64,000 bases of DNA from Acidobacteriota bacterium. GTDB lineage: Bacteria; Acidobacteriota; Blastocatellia; UBA7656. Under the pieces are notes generated by a model. It made no database searches and was not told the DNA's origin. It worked only from the letters and a program-made list of their open reading frames with translations. The DNA lies in NCBI GenBank assembly GCA_040754075.1, contig JBFMDH010000003.1:14307-78306 (forward strand), given 5' to 3'. Within the stretch, counting starts at the first letter, position 1. The number at the start of each line of letters is the position of its first letter. This document shows, one piece after another, positions 1 to 9,091 of this stretch. Made by a program: the position numbers and the translations under genes.

Positions 1-1436
1 CTAATCCATCGGCAGCAAACACCGACGGGCGGGCAATTGATATGCAACAAATCCTCAGCGCCGGGGAGTCAGATTATGCGCCGCTGTTTCGCGCCCTCAT
101 CACCCAACGCCACAAACAGGTTTTAAGCGATGACGAGTTTTTACAACTCCTGAAAGCTCACATTGACCACGGCTTCGATTTGATTCGTGAAGACAGTAAA
201 ACTTTCAAAAACTCGGATGACTGGGTTGATTATCTGATTGAACTCACGCAGACCGGACTCGACCAACGTAAACAGGAAGCCTTGCCTCAGCCTGAAATCG
301 TCGCTTCGTTTTCAGGATTGCTGACGCTAACGCTTGGCGAAGACGCCAAGACCGGCGAACCTGTCACTGTCGAATTCAATCGCCGCACCAATAATTACCT
401 GGCGGTCGCGGGTAAACCCGGAAGCGGCAAAACCCAATTCGTTAAAGACCTGCTTGTGCAATTGCGGCGACAATCCGATTACCAAGTCAACTTTATCTTT
501 TTCGACTACTCAAAAGGCGATGTTGCCGACGATGACAAATTCATTAAGGCGACGCGCGCTGAGGTTATCAAATTGCCTGATGCGAGTCTGCCTATCAACC
601 CATTCAGCCGCGTCAATGTCGGCAGCGAAATGGCAATCAAAATGGCGGCTCAAGAGTTTTCCGACACCGTGCGCGACATCGAACGAAATATGGGCGCAGT
701 GCAAGGGCAATTCCTTTATGACGCCATCCTCACGGCTTTTGACGTAGCGCGTGGCGAAACCCTGCCTTACCCGGATTTTCACGAAGTGAGAAAAGAAGTT
801 GATTACGCTTATTTCAACAACAACCGCAAACCCGACACCCTGAGCGAAGTGATACGGCAAATCACCGATTTTCAAATCTTCGGGAAGGCAAAAAATAAAG
901 AGTTGTGGAAAACCCTGACCGATAAAACCGTCGTGGTGGATTTGCATGGACTGACGGTTTTACGCGAACTAACGGTGTGTCTGGTGCTGGACGCGATTCA
1001 TCGGGAACTGATGGCGATGCCTGATTCAGAAGTCATCAACGGCGCACGAGCAATGCGGACAATCATCGTCATTGACGAAGCCCACCATTATTTGAAGGAC
1101 AAAAAACGCAATCGCATTTTGCAAAGATTGATTCGTGAAATTCGCAGCAAAGGGGCATCGGTTTTTCTGCTGTCGCAATCGCCCGACGATTACGACCAGA
1201 ATGAATTCAATTTTGCCGAGATGTTGGAATTTATTTTCGTTCTGCAATCCAGCGCCAACGCCAGTAAATTTTTGCAAAGCGCGCTTGGCATCACGGCGCA
1301 ACGCGCAAAGCCATTGCTTGCCGAAGTCGCCAATTTAAAATCGGGCGATGCCATTACCAAATCATTTGATGAAACCAAACGCGAAGGGTTCAGCCACTTA
1401 AAATTGCGGCAATTCTGGCGCGACTTCAAGAAATAA
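1..1436 (+). CDS. HerA/FtsK-like P-loop ATPase (DUF87-type), 5'-truncated at the window edge
   Basis: The frame is open from nt 3 to the stop at 1434-1436, and the first in-window ATG is at 42. Walker A is AVAGKPGSGKTQ, Walker B is IIVIDEAHHYL, and a C-terminal SQSPDDYD motif fits HerA/DUF87 helicase-like ATPases. The N-terminus lies outside the window. Confidence 0.6.
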   Translation, partial: NPSAANTDGRAIDMQQILSAGESDYAPLFRALITQRHKQVLSDDEFLQLLKAHIDHGFDLIREDSKTFKNSDDWVDYLIELTQTGLDQRKQEALPQPEIVASFSGLLTLTLGEDAKTGEPVTVEFNRRTNNYLAVAGKPGSGKTQFVKDLLVQLRRQSDYQVNFIFFDYSKGDVADDDKFIKATRAEVIKLPDASLPINPFSRVNVGSEMAIKMAAQEFSDTVRDIERNMGAVQGQFLYDAILTAFDVARGETLPYPDFHEVRKEVDYAYFNNNRKPDTLSEVIRQITDFQIFGKAKNKELWKTLTDKTVVVDLHGLTVLRELTVCLVLDAIHRELMAMPDSEVINGARAMRTIIVIDEAHHYLKDKKRNRILQRLIREIRSKGASVFLLSQSPDDYDQNEFNFAEMLEFIFVLQSSANASKFLQSALGITAQRAKPLLAEVANLKSGDAITKSFDETKREGFSHLKLRQFWRDFKK

Positions 1437-1518
1437 CCACAAGGCTTGCTTATTGCTTGTCACCTTAAACGGGCTGTGATAAGTTCTGGCTTCCGAAAAA
1501 CCTTGTTGGAGAGTGGTT

Positions 1519-1860
1519 ATGAATATTTCAGAAAGAGTTGTGGAGGGCGTCAGCGTCCTTGATTTATCAGGCAAAATCGTGCTCGGCGAAGGCGACATTC
1601 AAATTAAAGACCGGATTAAAGATTTGCTTGCCGACGGGCAACGCCGCATTTTACTCAATCTCGGCGATGTCAGCTACATCGATTCGGCAGGGCTGGGCGC
1701 GTTGATTAGCTGTTATGCGACGACCAAACGCGAAGGCGGCAGTTTGAAACTCATGAACCTGACGAAACGGGTGCAGGATTTATTGACGATTACCAAACTC
1801 ATCACCGTTTTCGATTGTTACGACAGCGAAAGAGAAGCGATTGACTCTTACGGTAAATAA
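1519..1860 (+). CDS. STAS-domain anti-sigma factor antagonist (SpoIIAA-like)
   Basis: A 113-aa protein with a GGAG Shine-Dalgarno (SD, ribosome-binding site) upstream of the ATG at 1519. The motif LDLSGKIVLGEG...VSYIDSAGLGALIS is typical of STAS anti-anti-sigma factors. Confidence 0.7.
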   Translation: MNISERVVEGVSVLDLSGKIVLGEGDIQIKDRIKDLLADGQRRILLNLGDVSYIDSAGLGALISCYATTKREGGSLKLMNLTKRVQDLLTITKLITVFDCYDSEREAIDSYGK

Positions 1861-1897
1861 AAATTGCCATAACGGGTTTAGACATTTCGACAGCTTA

Positions 1898-1934
1898 TCG
1901 GGCGCGGCTTTGACCTCCGCGCCTGTTTGCGTTT
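1898..1934 (+). terminator. Intrinsic terminator after the STAS gene
   Basis: Hairpin GGCGCGG-ctttgacct-CCGCGCC followed by the T-rich run tgtttgcgtttatt. Confidence 0.45.
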
Positions 1935-1941
1935 ATTCGCT

Positions 1942-2514
1942 ATGAGTCCGGTTACTCACCTGCTACTCGGTTGGCTGGTCGCCAATACCACTGAACAAAA
2001 CAATCGCCGCGAACGCACTCTCATTGCTATTGCAGGGGTCATTCCAGACATCGACGGACTCGGTATTATTGCAGATGTCATCACCCGCCAGACCGCAAGC
2101 CCTACCAACTGGTTTTCCGATTATCATCACATCTTTGGTCACAATCTTGGATTTGCCATCTTCGTTAGCCTGAGCGGGTTTTTACTTGCGCGACGCAAAT
2201 GGCTCGTCGCATCACTGATGGTTGTGAGCTTTCATATGCATTTGCTTGGCGACCTTGCAGGGTCGCGCAGTCCCGACGGGTATCAATGGGCGATTCCATA
2301 TTTATTGCCGTTTTCCAATGCCTGGCAACTCACCTGGCAGGGGCAATGGCAATTAAATGCCTGGCAAAATTTCGTCATCACCGGCGTGGCGCTGGCGCTC
2401 ACGTTTACCTTTGCCATCAAGCGCGGCTATTCACCGGTTGAAATTTTTTCGCCTCGCGCTGATAAACTTTTCATCGCCACCTTGCGAAAACGTTTTCAAA
2501 AATCGCAAGGATAA
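1942..2514 (+). CDS. Membrane-bound metal-dependent hydrolase, YdjM/DUF457-like
   Basis: Multi-pass hydrophobic 190-aa protein. The N-terminal HLLLGWLV and the histidine-rich HHIFGHNLG / SFHMHLLGDL motifs resemble LexA-regulated YdjM-family inner membrane hydrolases. Confidence 0.45.
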   Translation: MSPVTHLLLGWLVANTTEQNNRRERTLIAIAGVIPDIDGLGIIADVITRQTASPTNWFSDYHHIFGHNLGFAIFVSLSGFLLARRKWLVASLMVVSFHMHLLGDLAGSRSPDGYQWAIPYLLPFSNAWQLTWQGQWQLNAWQNFVITGVALALTFTFAIKRGYSPVEIFSPRADKLFIATLRKRFQKSQG

Positions 2515-2518
2515 AATT

Positions 2519-3625
2519 TTATGGTTGTTGCGCCAGGGCTTTAACGCGCTCGATGCTTTGTTTAATCGTCGGGTCGTTGGTCACGGAATAGGCTTTCTCG
2601 TAAATTCGCAAAGCCTGTTGATACTGTTTATCGCTTTCGTAGATGTAGGCGAGTTCAGACATTGCCGCCACCGAATCGGGAATTAATTGAATAGTGATTT
2701 CCAGCGCTTCCATCGCTTTGCGCGTCTTGCCGCTACGCGAAAGGGCGATGCCATAATAGAGCCATGCCTGCCCGTTATCGGTGTTTTCTTTCGCGAGTTT
2801 TTCGAGCGGGACAATCGCTTTCTCGAAATTTTTTGCGCCAAGATAGGCGCGCCCTAAAATGTTGGCGGTCTTTAGGTCATCACGCGCCGCCTGCAATTGT
2901 TCTGCGACGCTTGCCGCTTCATTCCACAAGGCATTTGCGGCACTCACGTTTGCGCCGAGCTTACGGGCTTTTCGCATTAAACTTTCGGCAAGCAATTCAA
3001 GCGCGTTGGCGTCTTCCGCATTCGCCTTTATCGCTTCACGAAAAGCCGGAATGGCGCGGTCATCATCCTCTCTCTTGAAATACATCAAGCCAAGCAAGTA
3101 GGCATTGGTTCCCGCGTCTTTGGCATTTTCATTTTTAGTTGCCGCAAGCAAAGGCAAGGCTTCGTCGTAACGTTCAAGATAATAATAAGCGCGACCGAGA
3201 GCCGCGCGCGCGCTCGGGTCAACCTCGCGTTTGGCTTTGGTATTTAAATCAATGTAGCGTTTGAGCGGCTCAAGGGCTTTATCGTATTCGGCGAGCAGAT
3301 AATGCGATAGCCCTATGGTGTAGAATGCACCGGCAATATCCGGGCTTTGCGGCGATTGCACTTCGAGGAGTTCGATGGCGCGCGCAAGCGGCATGCCGAC
3401 TCGTTTGTAACGTTTTAAATTGAATTCGCAAAGCCCGATGTAGTACCAGGCGCCGGCAAGGTCTGGGCGCTCTAAAACGAGGTCTTGAAATTCACTGAGC
3501 GCGGCGCGATAGTCGCCTTTTTTATAGTAGGCGACGCCTCTGTCCCAATCGGCTGCAAGCGTGGAATTGACCAGGAGTAGCGTCAGTAAAATGACCGCTG
3601 AAAAACTTTTCACGAAGGATTGCAT
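2519..3625 (-). CDS. Secreted tetratricopeptide-repeat (TPR) protein
   Basis: Signal peptide MQSFVKSFSAVILLTLLLVNSTLAA followed by repeated W/Y-x-x-G-x-x-x-Y-x-x-A-L TPR units (AWYYIGLCEF, AFYTIGLSHY, AYLLGLMYF, AWLYYGIALS). An alternative upstream ATG is at 3670. Confidence 0.7.
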   Translation of the reverse strand: MQSFVKSFSAVILLTLLLVNSTLAADWDRGVAYYKKGDYRAALSEFQDLVLERPDLAGAWYYIGLCEFNLKRYKRVGMPLARAIELLEVQSPQSPDIAGAFYTIGLSHYLLAEYDKALEPLKRYIDLNTKAKREVDPSARAALGRAYYYLERYDEALPLLAATKNENAKDAGTNAYLLGLMYFKREDDDRAIPAFREAIKANAEDANALELLAESLMRKARKLGANVSAANALWNEAASVAEQLQAARDDLKTANILGRAYLGAKNFEKAIVPLEKLAKENTDNGQAWLYYGIALSRSGKTRKAMEALEITIQLIPDSVAAMSELAYIYESDKQYQQALRIYEKAYSVTNDPTIKQSIERVKALAQQP

Positions 3626-3689
3626 CAGGCAAAGATTATGGCACGATGCGAATGTCGCGGCAAAGACCATTGTTCGTCATTTTCGTCGC

Positions 3690-4658
3690 TTAGTTGCTCA
3701 AATATTTTTTGAACCAGTTTGACACTCGTTGGTCTCTTTCAATTCGATTATTCGATAAGATGTGATTATCGCCCGCATAGATCATTAACTCATACGGCTT
3801 ACCCAGTTTCTGTAATTGTTCAGCCATCAAAAGCGATTGCAGCGGACTCACCAGAGAATCCGCGCCGCCGTGCATGATTAAAACCGGAGTGTCGATTTTA
3901 TCCGCCCAACGAATTGCCGAACGTTGATAAAAAATTTCCGGTTTCTTCTGCTCGAAATCCGGCCAGATTTGTTTTGCGACGGCGCTCGAATTAGGCGAGG
4001 CGGTGAGAAAGGCTTCCATATCGGTGAATGCGCCAAAGACCGCTGCCGCCTTTAGCGGAAAGCGATTGCGAAGGGCTTGATAGGTCATCATGCCGCCGCG
4101 CGATTCACCATACATAAATAGGTTCTCCGTATCGACAAAGTTGAGTTGCTTTGCCAGTTGAGCCGTATTCATCAAATCATTCATATCCGCGCCGCCCATT
4201 TCATCCTTGCCTTCGCCGCCATCACTTTGCCGGTAAAGCGGGGCGATGATGGCGAACCCTTCGCGTGCCAGCCGATGAAAAGAGACGATCAATTCGGCAG
4301 CAATATCCCGGCGAATGAAACTGCCGCGATTAAAAATGATGGTTGGCAATTTTTGCTCGGTTAGCTTTTGTGGTCGGTAGACATAGGCGGTGATTTTCAA
4401 GCGATCGCTTAGGTATTTGATTTTTTGAAACTCAAATCGCCGGTCGCGAACCGCCGTTTCATATTCACTTTTGGTGCAATATCTTGCAACATCGGAGGTT
4501 TTTTCCGCTTCCTCATAAGTCGGGAAGGTGTAATTCACACGTTCGATGATTTCTCCATCCGCTGAACGTGGTTGACGGCTCGAACTGTTTGAGAATGTCG
4601 TAGCGTCAAAAAAAATAAGTGCGATGAGGCAGAAAAATAAAAATCGCTGGTGGTGCAT
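3690..4658 (-). CDS. Secreted alpha/beta hydrolase, prolyl oligopeptidase (S9) family peptidase or esterase
   Basis: N-terminal signal peptide, nucleophile elbow YGESRGG (GxSxG), and a downstream IMHGGADSLV...D...H arrangement consistent with an S9 Ser-Asp-His triad. Confidence 0.65.
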   Translation of the reverse strand: MHHQRFLFFCLIALIFFDATTFSNSSSRQPRSADGEIIERVNYTFPTYEEAEKTSDVARYCTKSEYETAVRDRRFEFQKIKYLSDRLKITAYVYRPQKLTEQKLPTIIFNRGSFIRRDIAAELIVSFHRLAREGFAIIAPLYRQSDGGEGKDEMGGADMNDLMNTAQLAKQLNFVDTENLFMYGESRGGMMTYQALRNRFPLKAAAVFGAFTDMEAFLTASPNSSAVAKQIWPDFEQKKPEIFYQRSAIRWADKIDTPVLIMHGGADSLVSPLQSLLMAEQLQKLGKPYELMIYAGDNHILSNNRIERDQRVSNWFKKYLSN

Positions 4659-4915
4659 CTTTCCCTCACATAGCCTTTCCGGTTACTTGCTGGATGCTCA
4701 ATTAAAACCGTTTATAAAATGAGGTTTTTCGATTTTGAAAAACTTGAATCAAGATATTCGGCGGGGTTAAAACCGGCATGCAGTATAAAAGATAATCCCT
4801 CGGTCGCTCAAACGAACAGGCAGATTTCTCATTCAGCTATTGCAGTGCTGTCGATTCCTTCTTGTGCAAAACTGATAACTACAAAGCGATTGATTGAAGA
4901 TAAAAGAGCTGAAAT

Positions 4916-5350
4916 TCAGCTAATGGCTGCCAAATTCATCTGCTCAAGAGTACGCTTTAACCGGTCAATCTCTATTTCCAATTGCTCAAATAATTCTGCT
5001 GCTTGTTCGCTTTCACCTCTGGCACCGATTTCTTCCAAACGTCGCGCCGCTTCATAAGCGCGTGGGGCGTAAAGCTCGGCAAGCGAACCTTTCAATTTAT
5101 GCGTCTTTTCAGCGATTTTTTTACTATCGGCGGCTATTACACCGACGCGGATTTCCTGCAAAACAGGCTCATACCCTTGCAGAAATATATCAATGATTTC
5201 TCCGAGAAAATCTTCATCGCCCGCCAAGTTATCGAGCAGCGCTTCGAGATTGAATATCTGGTCGCAAGCAATCACTTCGGTTGGCTGAGAAACGCTTCCA
5301 TTAACGGCAGCAGGTATGGGGCGTTCGGAATGGGAAATTACTTCATTCAT
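4916..5350 (-). CDS. Histidine phosphotransfer (Hpt) domain protein
   Basis: Carries the canonical Hpt motif THKLKGSLAEL (HxxKG). A GGAGAAG SD lies 6 nt upstream of the second ATG. Stand-alone 144-aa protein. Confidence 0.65.
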   Translation of the reverse strand: MNEVISHSERPIPAAVNGSVSQPTEVIACDQIFNLEALLDNLAGDEDFLGEIIDIFLQGYEPVLQEIRVGVIAADSKKIAEKTHKLKGSLAELYAPRAYEAARRLEEIGARGESEQAAELFEQLEIEIDRLKRTLEQMNLAAIS

Positions 5351-5613
5351 GGTCTTCTCCAATCCACTGAATACAACGGCGTGCTTGACACACTAATGCC
5401 CGGTTCACTCACCGGTTTTAAATTTTGTGCGGAAGGAGAAGTTGACAGTAATTTTTCTGAGCAAGGAAGAAGTTTGTAAAACACCTCTAATCTAATTAAT
5501 CAACTCTTCGGGGTCAATACTTTTACCTGACTCATTTGGTTTGTGTAGGAAGCTCATTGACAGTCCTGCCGGTTAATGAAAAACCAACGGCTACAAACCG
5601 CTTCCCGCTGCTG

Positions 5614-8541
5614 TTACTGCGATACCCAGCCTTCGATTTTTCTCACCACAGGCAACATCTGCGGTGGGTCATAATTGGTCATTATAATCACCGTATAACC
5701 GCTTTCAGGAAACATGCTGAGACTTGAAGCAATGCCCGGTGCGCCGCCGTTATGTCCGAAGGCGCGTTTGCCATTGACCCGCATATCGCCAAATCCATAA
5801 GCGTATCTGGCATCGCCCCCGCCCATTGCAACTTTTCCGGTTGTAAACAGCTCTGTCAGTTTCGCGCTCAACAGTTTATTGGCGGTGAGCGCACTGGCGA
5901 ATTTCAACAAATCTTCCGGCGTTGAATAACCACCGCCCGCAGGTCCCCCGCGATTTGGACGCGAATCGCTATTCGCTTTGCGCATGGTCAGGCGTTCGCC
6001 TTCGTTGTCGCTCATAAGCGTGTAGCCCATCGCCATATTCGGGGTATTGGCGGTCATTGCAAAACAATCGCTACCTGTCATCCCAGCAGGTTTATAAATA
6101 TGCTCACGCACATAATCGAAATAATTTTGTCCCGATACTTTTTCGATAATTGCGCCTAACACGATAAAGCCCGAATTGCTGTACGCGAAACGCGCGCCGG
6201 GTTCAAACCGCAACGGTTCATCGGCAAAGAGCGCCAGATAATCCGCTACGGTTTTAATCTGCGCGCGCCGCTCATCGAATTTTTTATTCCAGTAAGAGCC
6301 AAGCCCCGATGTATGGGTGAGCAAATGATGAATCGTCACTTTGTCGCGCACATCAGGGTTGGGATAATCGGGCAGATATTTTCCGACCTTATCATCAAGC
6401 GCGAGTTTTCCGGCTTCAACGAGTTGTCCAATGGATACAGCGGTAAACATTTTATTCATCGAACCGAGATTGAATTTGGTATCCACGCGATTGGGCGTAC
6501 TGGTAGATTTCACCGCCATTCCGTAAGCTTTTTTGAAAATCGCTTTGCCGTCTTTGGCAATCAACGCGACGCCGGAAAATTTATCGGCGGCAGCCTGCGC
6601 ATCGAGAAACTTTTCAATCTCTGCGAGCATTTCGGACTGAGTCAATTTTTTTGCAGGGGTCGCGGGACGATCAGGTTTACCCGTCGCCGTTTCGTTGCCG
6701 TCGCTCTCAGTTGCCGGTTGCACCTGAATCATATCAACGGCGTGCGGCGGCGTTGGTTGCACCTGTAGGGTGAGGTTGAGTAGTCGTCGGTCTTTTTGGG
6801 TTTGAATCTGTGCAGTGATTTCCAAATCCGAAGAACTCACGACGCGATGAACTTTCACGCCACCGCTCTGGTTATAAAAATCCATATCTTTTTCGGCGAT
6901 TTCTATACCATCGCCGCGTTCGCGATGAAACTGTTCCATAGTTTTCAAATCGCCCGAATTGAGGGCTTTTACAAACGCCGCAAAAGTTTTTCCCGCAGGT
7001 GTATCGGGCAACTTCACTTCATCGTTTGAGGCATTCGATTGAGCCGTTGCGCCGACGTTTGCCGGAGTTGAAGCCGGGCGGGCGCGAATATCCATAATCT
7101 GATGCGGCGGGTTGGGCGCAACTTCAATGGCAAAAGTTATCCAGTTGTTATCCTTCTTTTTCTGCGCCAGCACTTCGATACCGGTCGCTGAAGAACTGAC
7201 TACTTTTGCGATTTTCAAGCCGCCATTTGCGGCAAAAAAGCCCATGTCTTCCTGCGCGTTGTCCGGGTTGCCGCCATTTGCCTGATGAAATTTTTTCAAC
7301 TCATCGAGGCTTCCGGTATTGAAAGCTTTTAAGAATGCGGCAAGCGTTTTTCCGGCAGGGGTGTCCGGCAATTTCACTTCATCACTTTGTGCGTTGACTT
7401 GATTGACTGGTGAAGATGTCGCAGTTTGCGGCGCATCAAGTTCGCGTTGCAATGAAGCCGCGAGTCCGTTGAGTTGCTGTTTTCTCTGGTTATCATTGGT
7501 TTTTGCCGCGATATTTTTGAGCGCCGCGACCTGCGCGACCTTCAACGCCTGCTCGGCTGGCACTTCAACATCGGGTTTAACGCCAGTGCCTTCCCAGTTG
7601 GTTTTGGTGATGGGATTGATGGCGCGGCCTGCGGGAACGCCGATGCCGAAATGTTCATTGATGCGACGAAAATCTACAGGGTGCGCGCCGCCGCCAGTGG
7701 TTTCACCGACGATGGTGGCGCGTTTCAGATTTTTCAAATTGTAGGTGAACTCTTCGGCTGCCGAAAAGGTGCGGCGACTGGTCAACACATAAACCTCGCG
7801 CTTTTCGCCATAGCGTTTGCCGCCGAGTTGTTCACGTGTCCAATGTTCAGTGGTTTTATCGGTTGGTCGCCAGTAAATATCATTGAGGTGAGTGCGTTTA
7901 TCGAATAAATAGCTGCAAATCAAGGCGACCATTTGCGGCTGCCCGCCGCCGTTTTGCCGCACATCGAAAATCAATGCCTCGGTGTTGGCTAAAAAATTCA
8001 TCGCCGCAGCTAAGGTTTCCGCGCCCCACTCGGCTTCAACAAACCCGCGAAAGTCGATGTAGCCGATGTTGCCTTCCAATCGTTCGACCTTTTGAAATCC
8101 GAAATTGTTAAAGGCGACCTGGGCGCGCTCCTGTTCAATGTCTGCTTTGCTCGGCTCTTTCAAATCGCGAAACGCTACTGGGCGAAAGACGACTCTCAGG
8201 TGTTTATCGTGACTGACTTCCTGCAAATGATTGGTCAGCGTCACTGCCAGCGCCGCAGGGTTGGTGATGGCATCGTATTCTTTGCGCTGCATACGTTCAC
8301 GAATCGCCGCTTCCATTTTTTTTGCGACTTCGGGAAAAACATAGGCGGCGTTTAACTGCTTCAATGCGCCTTCGATAACCTGCACTCGCGCGGCGGCGTC
8401 AAGTTGCGGCGCAGTCTGCTGCGCAATCGTGTTTGTGACTAAAGCATTGAATAAAACCGCCGCGATAGTCATTGCACTGATATTGATTCGCAGAATATTT
8501 AAAAGTTGTTTCAGGGGTTTCATTATTGATTTACCTCTCAA
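5614..8541 (-). CDS. Secreted multidomain fusion: S41 (tail-specific/IRBP-like) peptidase, two copies of a ~100-aa repeat domain, and a C-terminal beta-lactamase-fold serine hydrolase
   Basis: Signal peptide present. S41 motifs GNIGYIDFRGF and LIFDVRQNGGG, with a TSRRTFSAAEEF serine region. Two internal repeats each start DEVKLPDTPAGKT(L/F)AAF. The C-terminal domain has SMNK (SxxK), YSN (YxN) and GHNGG motifs of class-C beta-lactamase/PBP-like hydrolases. Confidence 0.75.
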   Translation of the reverse strand: MRGKSIMKPLKQLLNILRINISAMTIAAVLFNALVTNTIAQQTAPQLDAAARVQVIEGALKQLNAAYVFPEVAKKMEAAIRERMQRKEYDAITNPAALAVTLTNHLQEVSHDKHLRVVFRPVAFRDLKEPSKADIEQERAQVAFNNFGFQKVERLEGNIGYIDFRGFVEAEWGAETLAAAMNFLANTEALIFDVRQNGGGQPQMVALICSYLFDKRTHLNDIYWRPTDKTTEHWTREQLGGKRYGEKREVYVLTSRRTFSAAEEFTYNLKNLKRATIVGETTGGGAHPVDFRRINEHFGIGVPAGRAINPITKTNWEGTGVKPDVEVPAEQALKVAQVAALKNIAAKTNDNQRKQQLNGLAASLQRELDAPQTATSSPVNQVNAQSDEVKLPDTPAGKTLAAFLKAFNTGSLDELKKFHQANGGNPDNAQEDMGFFAANGGLKIAKVVSSSATGIEVLAQKKKDNNWITFAIEVAPNPPHQIMDIRARPASTPANVGATAQSNASNDEVKLPDTPAGKTFAAFVKALNSGDLKTMEQFHRERGDGIEIAEKDMDFYNQSGGVKVHRVVSSSDLEITAQIQTQKDRRLLNLTLQVQPTPPHAVDMIQVQPATESDGNETATGKPDRPATPAKKLTQSEMLAEIEKFLDAQAAADKFSGVALIAKDGKAIFKKAYGMAVKSTSTPNRVDTKFNLGSMNKMFTAVSIGQLVEAGKLALDDKVGKYLPDYPNPDVRDKVTIHHLLTHTSGLGSYWNKKFDERRAQIKTVADYLALFADEPLRFEPGARFAYSNSGFIVLGAIIEKVSGQNYFDYVREHIYKPAGMTGSDCFAMTANTPNMAMGYTLMSDNEGERLTMRKANSDSRPNRGGPAGGGYSTPEDLLKFASALTANKLLSAKLTELFTTGKVAMGGGDARYAYGFGDMRVNGKRAFGHNGGAPGIASSLSMFPESGYTVIIMTNYDPPQMLPVVRKIEGWVSQ

Positions 8542-8634
8542 ATGGCTGATGCGCCTTCGCGAAATTCATTAGAAGGCGCGCGAGTCAAAAAATGATTGGC
8601 TGGGGGAAACTAATGTTTAATCAACTTAGCATAC

Positions 8635-9063
8635 TTACTGAGCCGGTTGCGCCTGAATGCTCATAATACCGTGTGGCGCATTGCTGTCGACTTCGATGGC
8701 GAAATTCAACCGCCGTGCATCGCTTTTTGCTTCGACCAAAACTTCCAATGCATAGTCCGAAGATTTGTTGACTTTGATAACTTTCAACCCTCCGGTCTGT
8801 TTATACGCGCCCCAATCCTGTTCGGCATTATCGGGATTGCCTTTGCGTTCCTGATGAAATTTGCGCATCACATTGATGTCACCGGAATTGAATGCCTGCA
8901 AAAATGCCGCGAAGGTTTTACCCGCAGGCGTATCCGGCAACTTCACCTCATCGGTGGCTGGCGCAGCTGTTTTCGCATCACCTGATGAGGCTTGCGCGAA
9001 ATCGGTGTTAATGAACATCACCGCGAAAATCGCCATAAGTAGCAAGGTTGAAATTATCTTCAT
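8635..9063 (-). CDS. Secreted single-domain paralog of the repeat domain of the upstream fusion protein (possibly DUF3471-like)
   Basis: The ATG at 9061-9063 is preceded by GGAG. Signal peptide MKIISTLLLMAIFAVMFINTDFAQA, then DEVKLPDTPAGKTFAAFLQAFNSGD...PHGIMSIQAQP, which is clearly homologous to both internal repeats of the 5614..8541 protein. Confidence 0.65.
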   Translation of the reverse strand: MKIISTLLLMAIFAVMFINTDFAQASSGDAKTAAPATDEVKLPDTPAGKTFAAFLQAFNSGDINVMRKFHQERKGNPDNAEQDWGAYKQTGGLKVIKVNKSSDYALEVLVEAKSDARRLNFAIEVDSNAPHGIMSIQAQPAQ

Positions 9064-9091
9064 AAAAAATGGACTCCTCAAAGGTTGAATA

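Noticed and set aside
334-947. Internal ORFs 334..747 (+) and 510..947 (-) within the HerA-like gene
   Set aside because: These overlap a continuous 464+ aa ATPase reading frame with clear Walker motifs and are alternate-frame artefacts.
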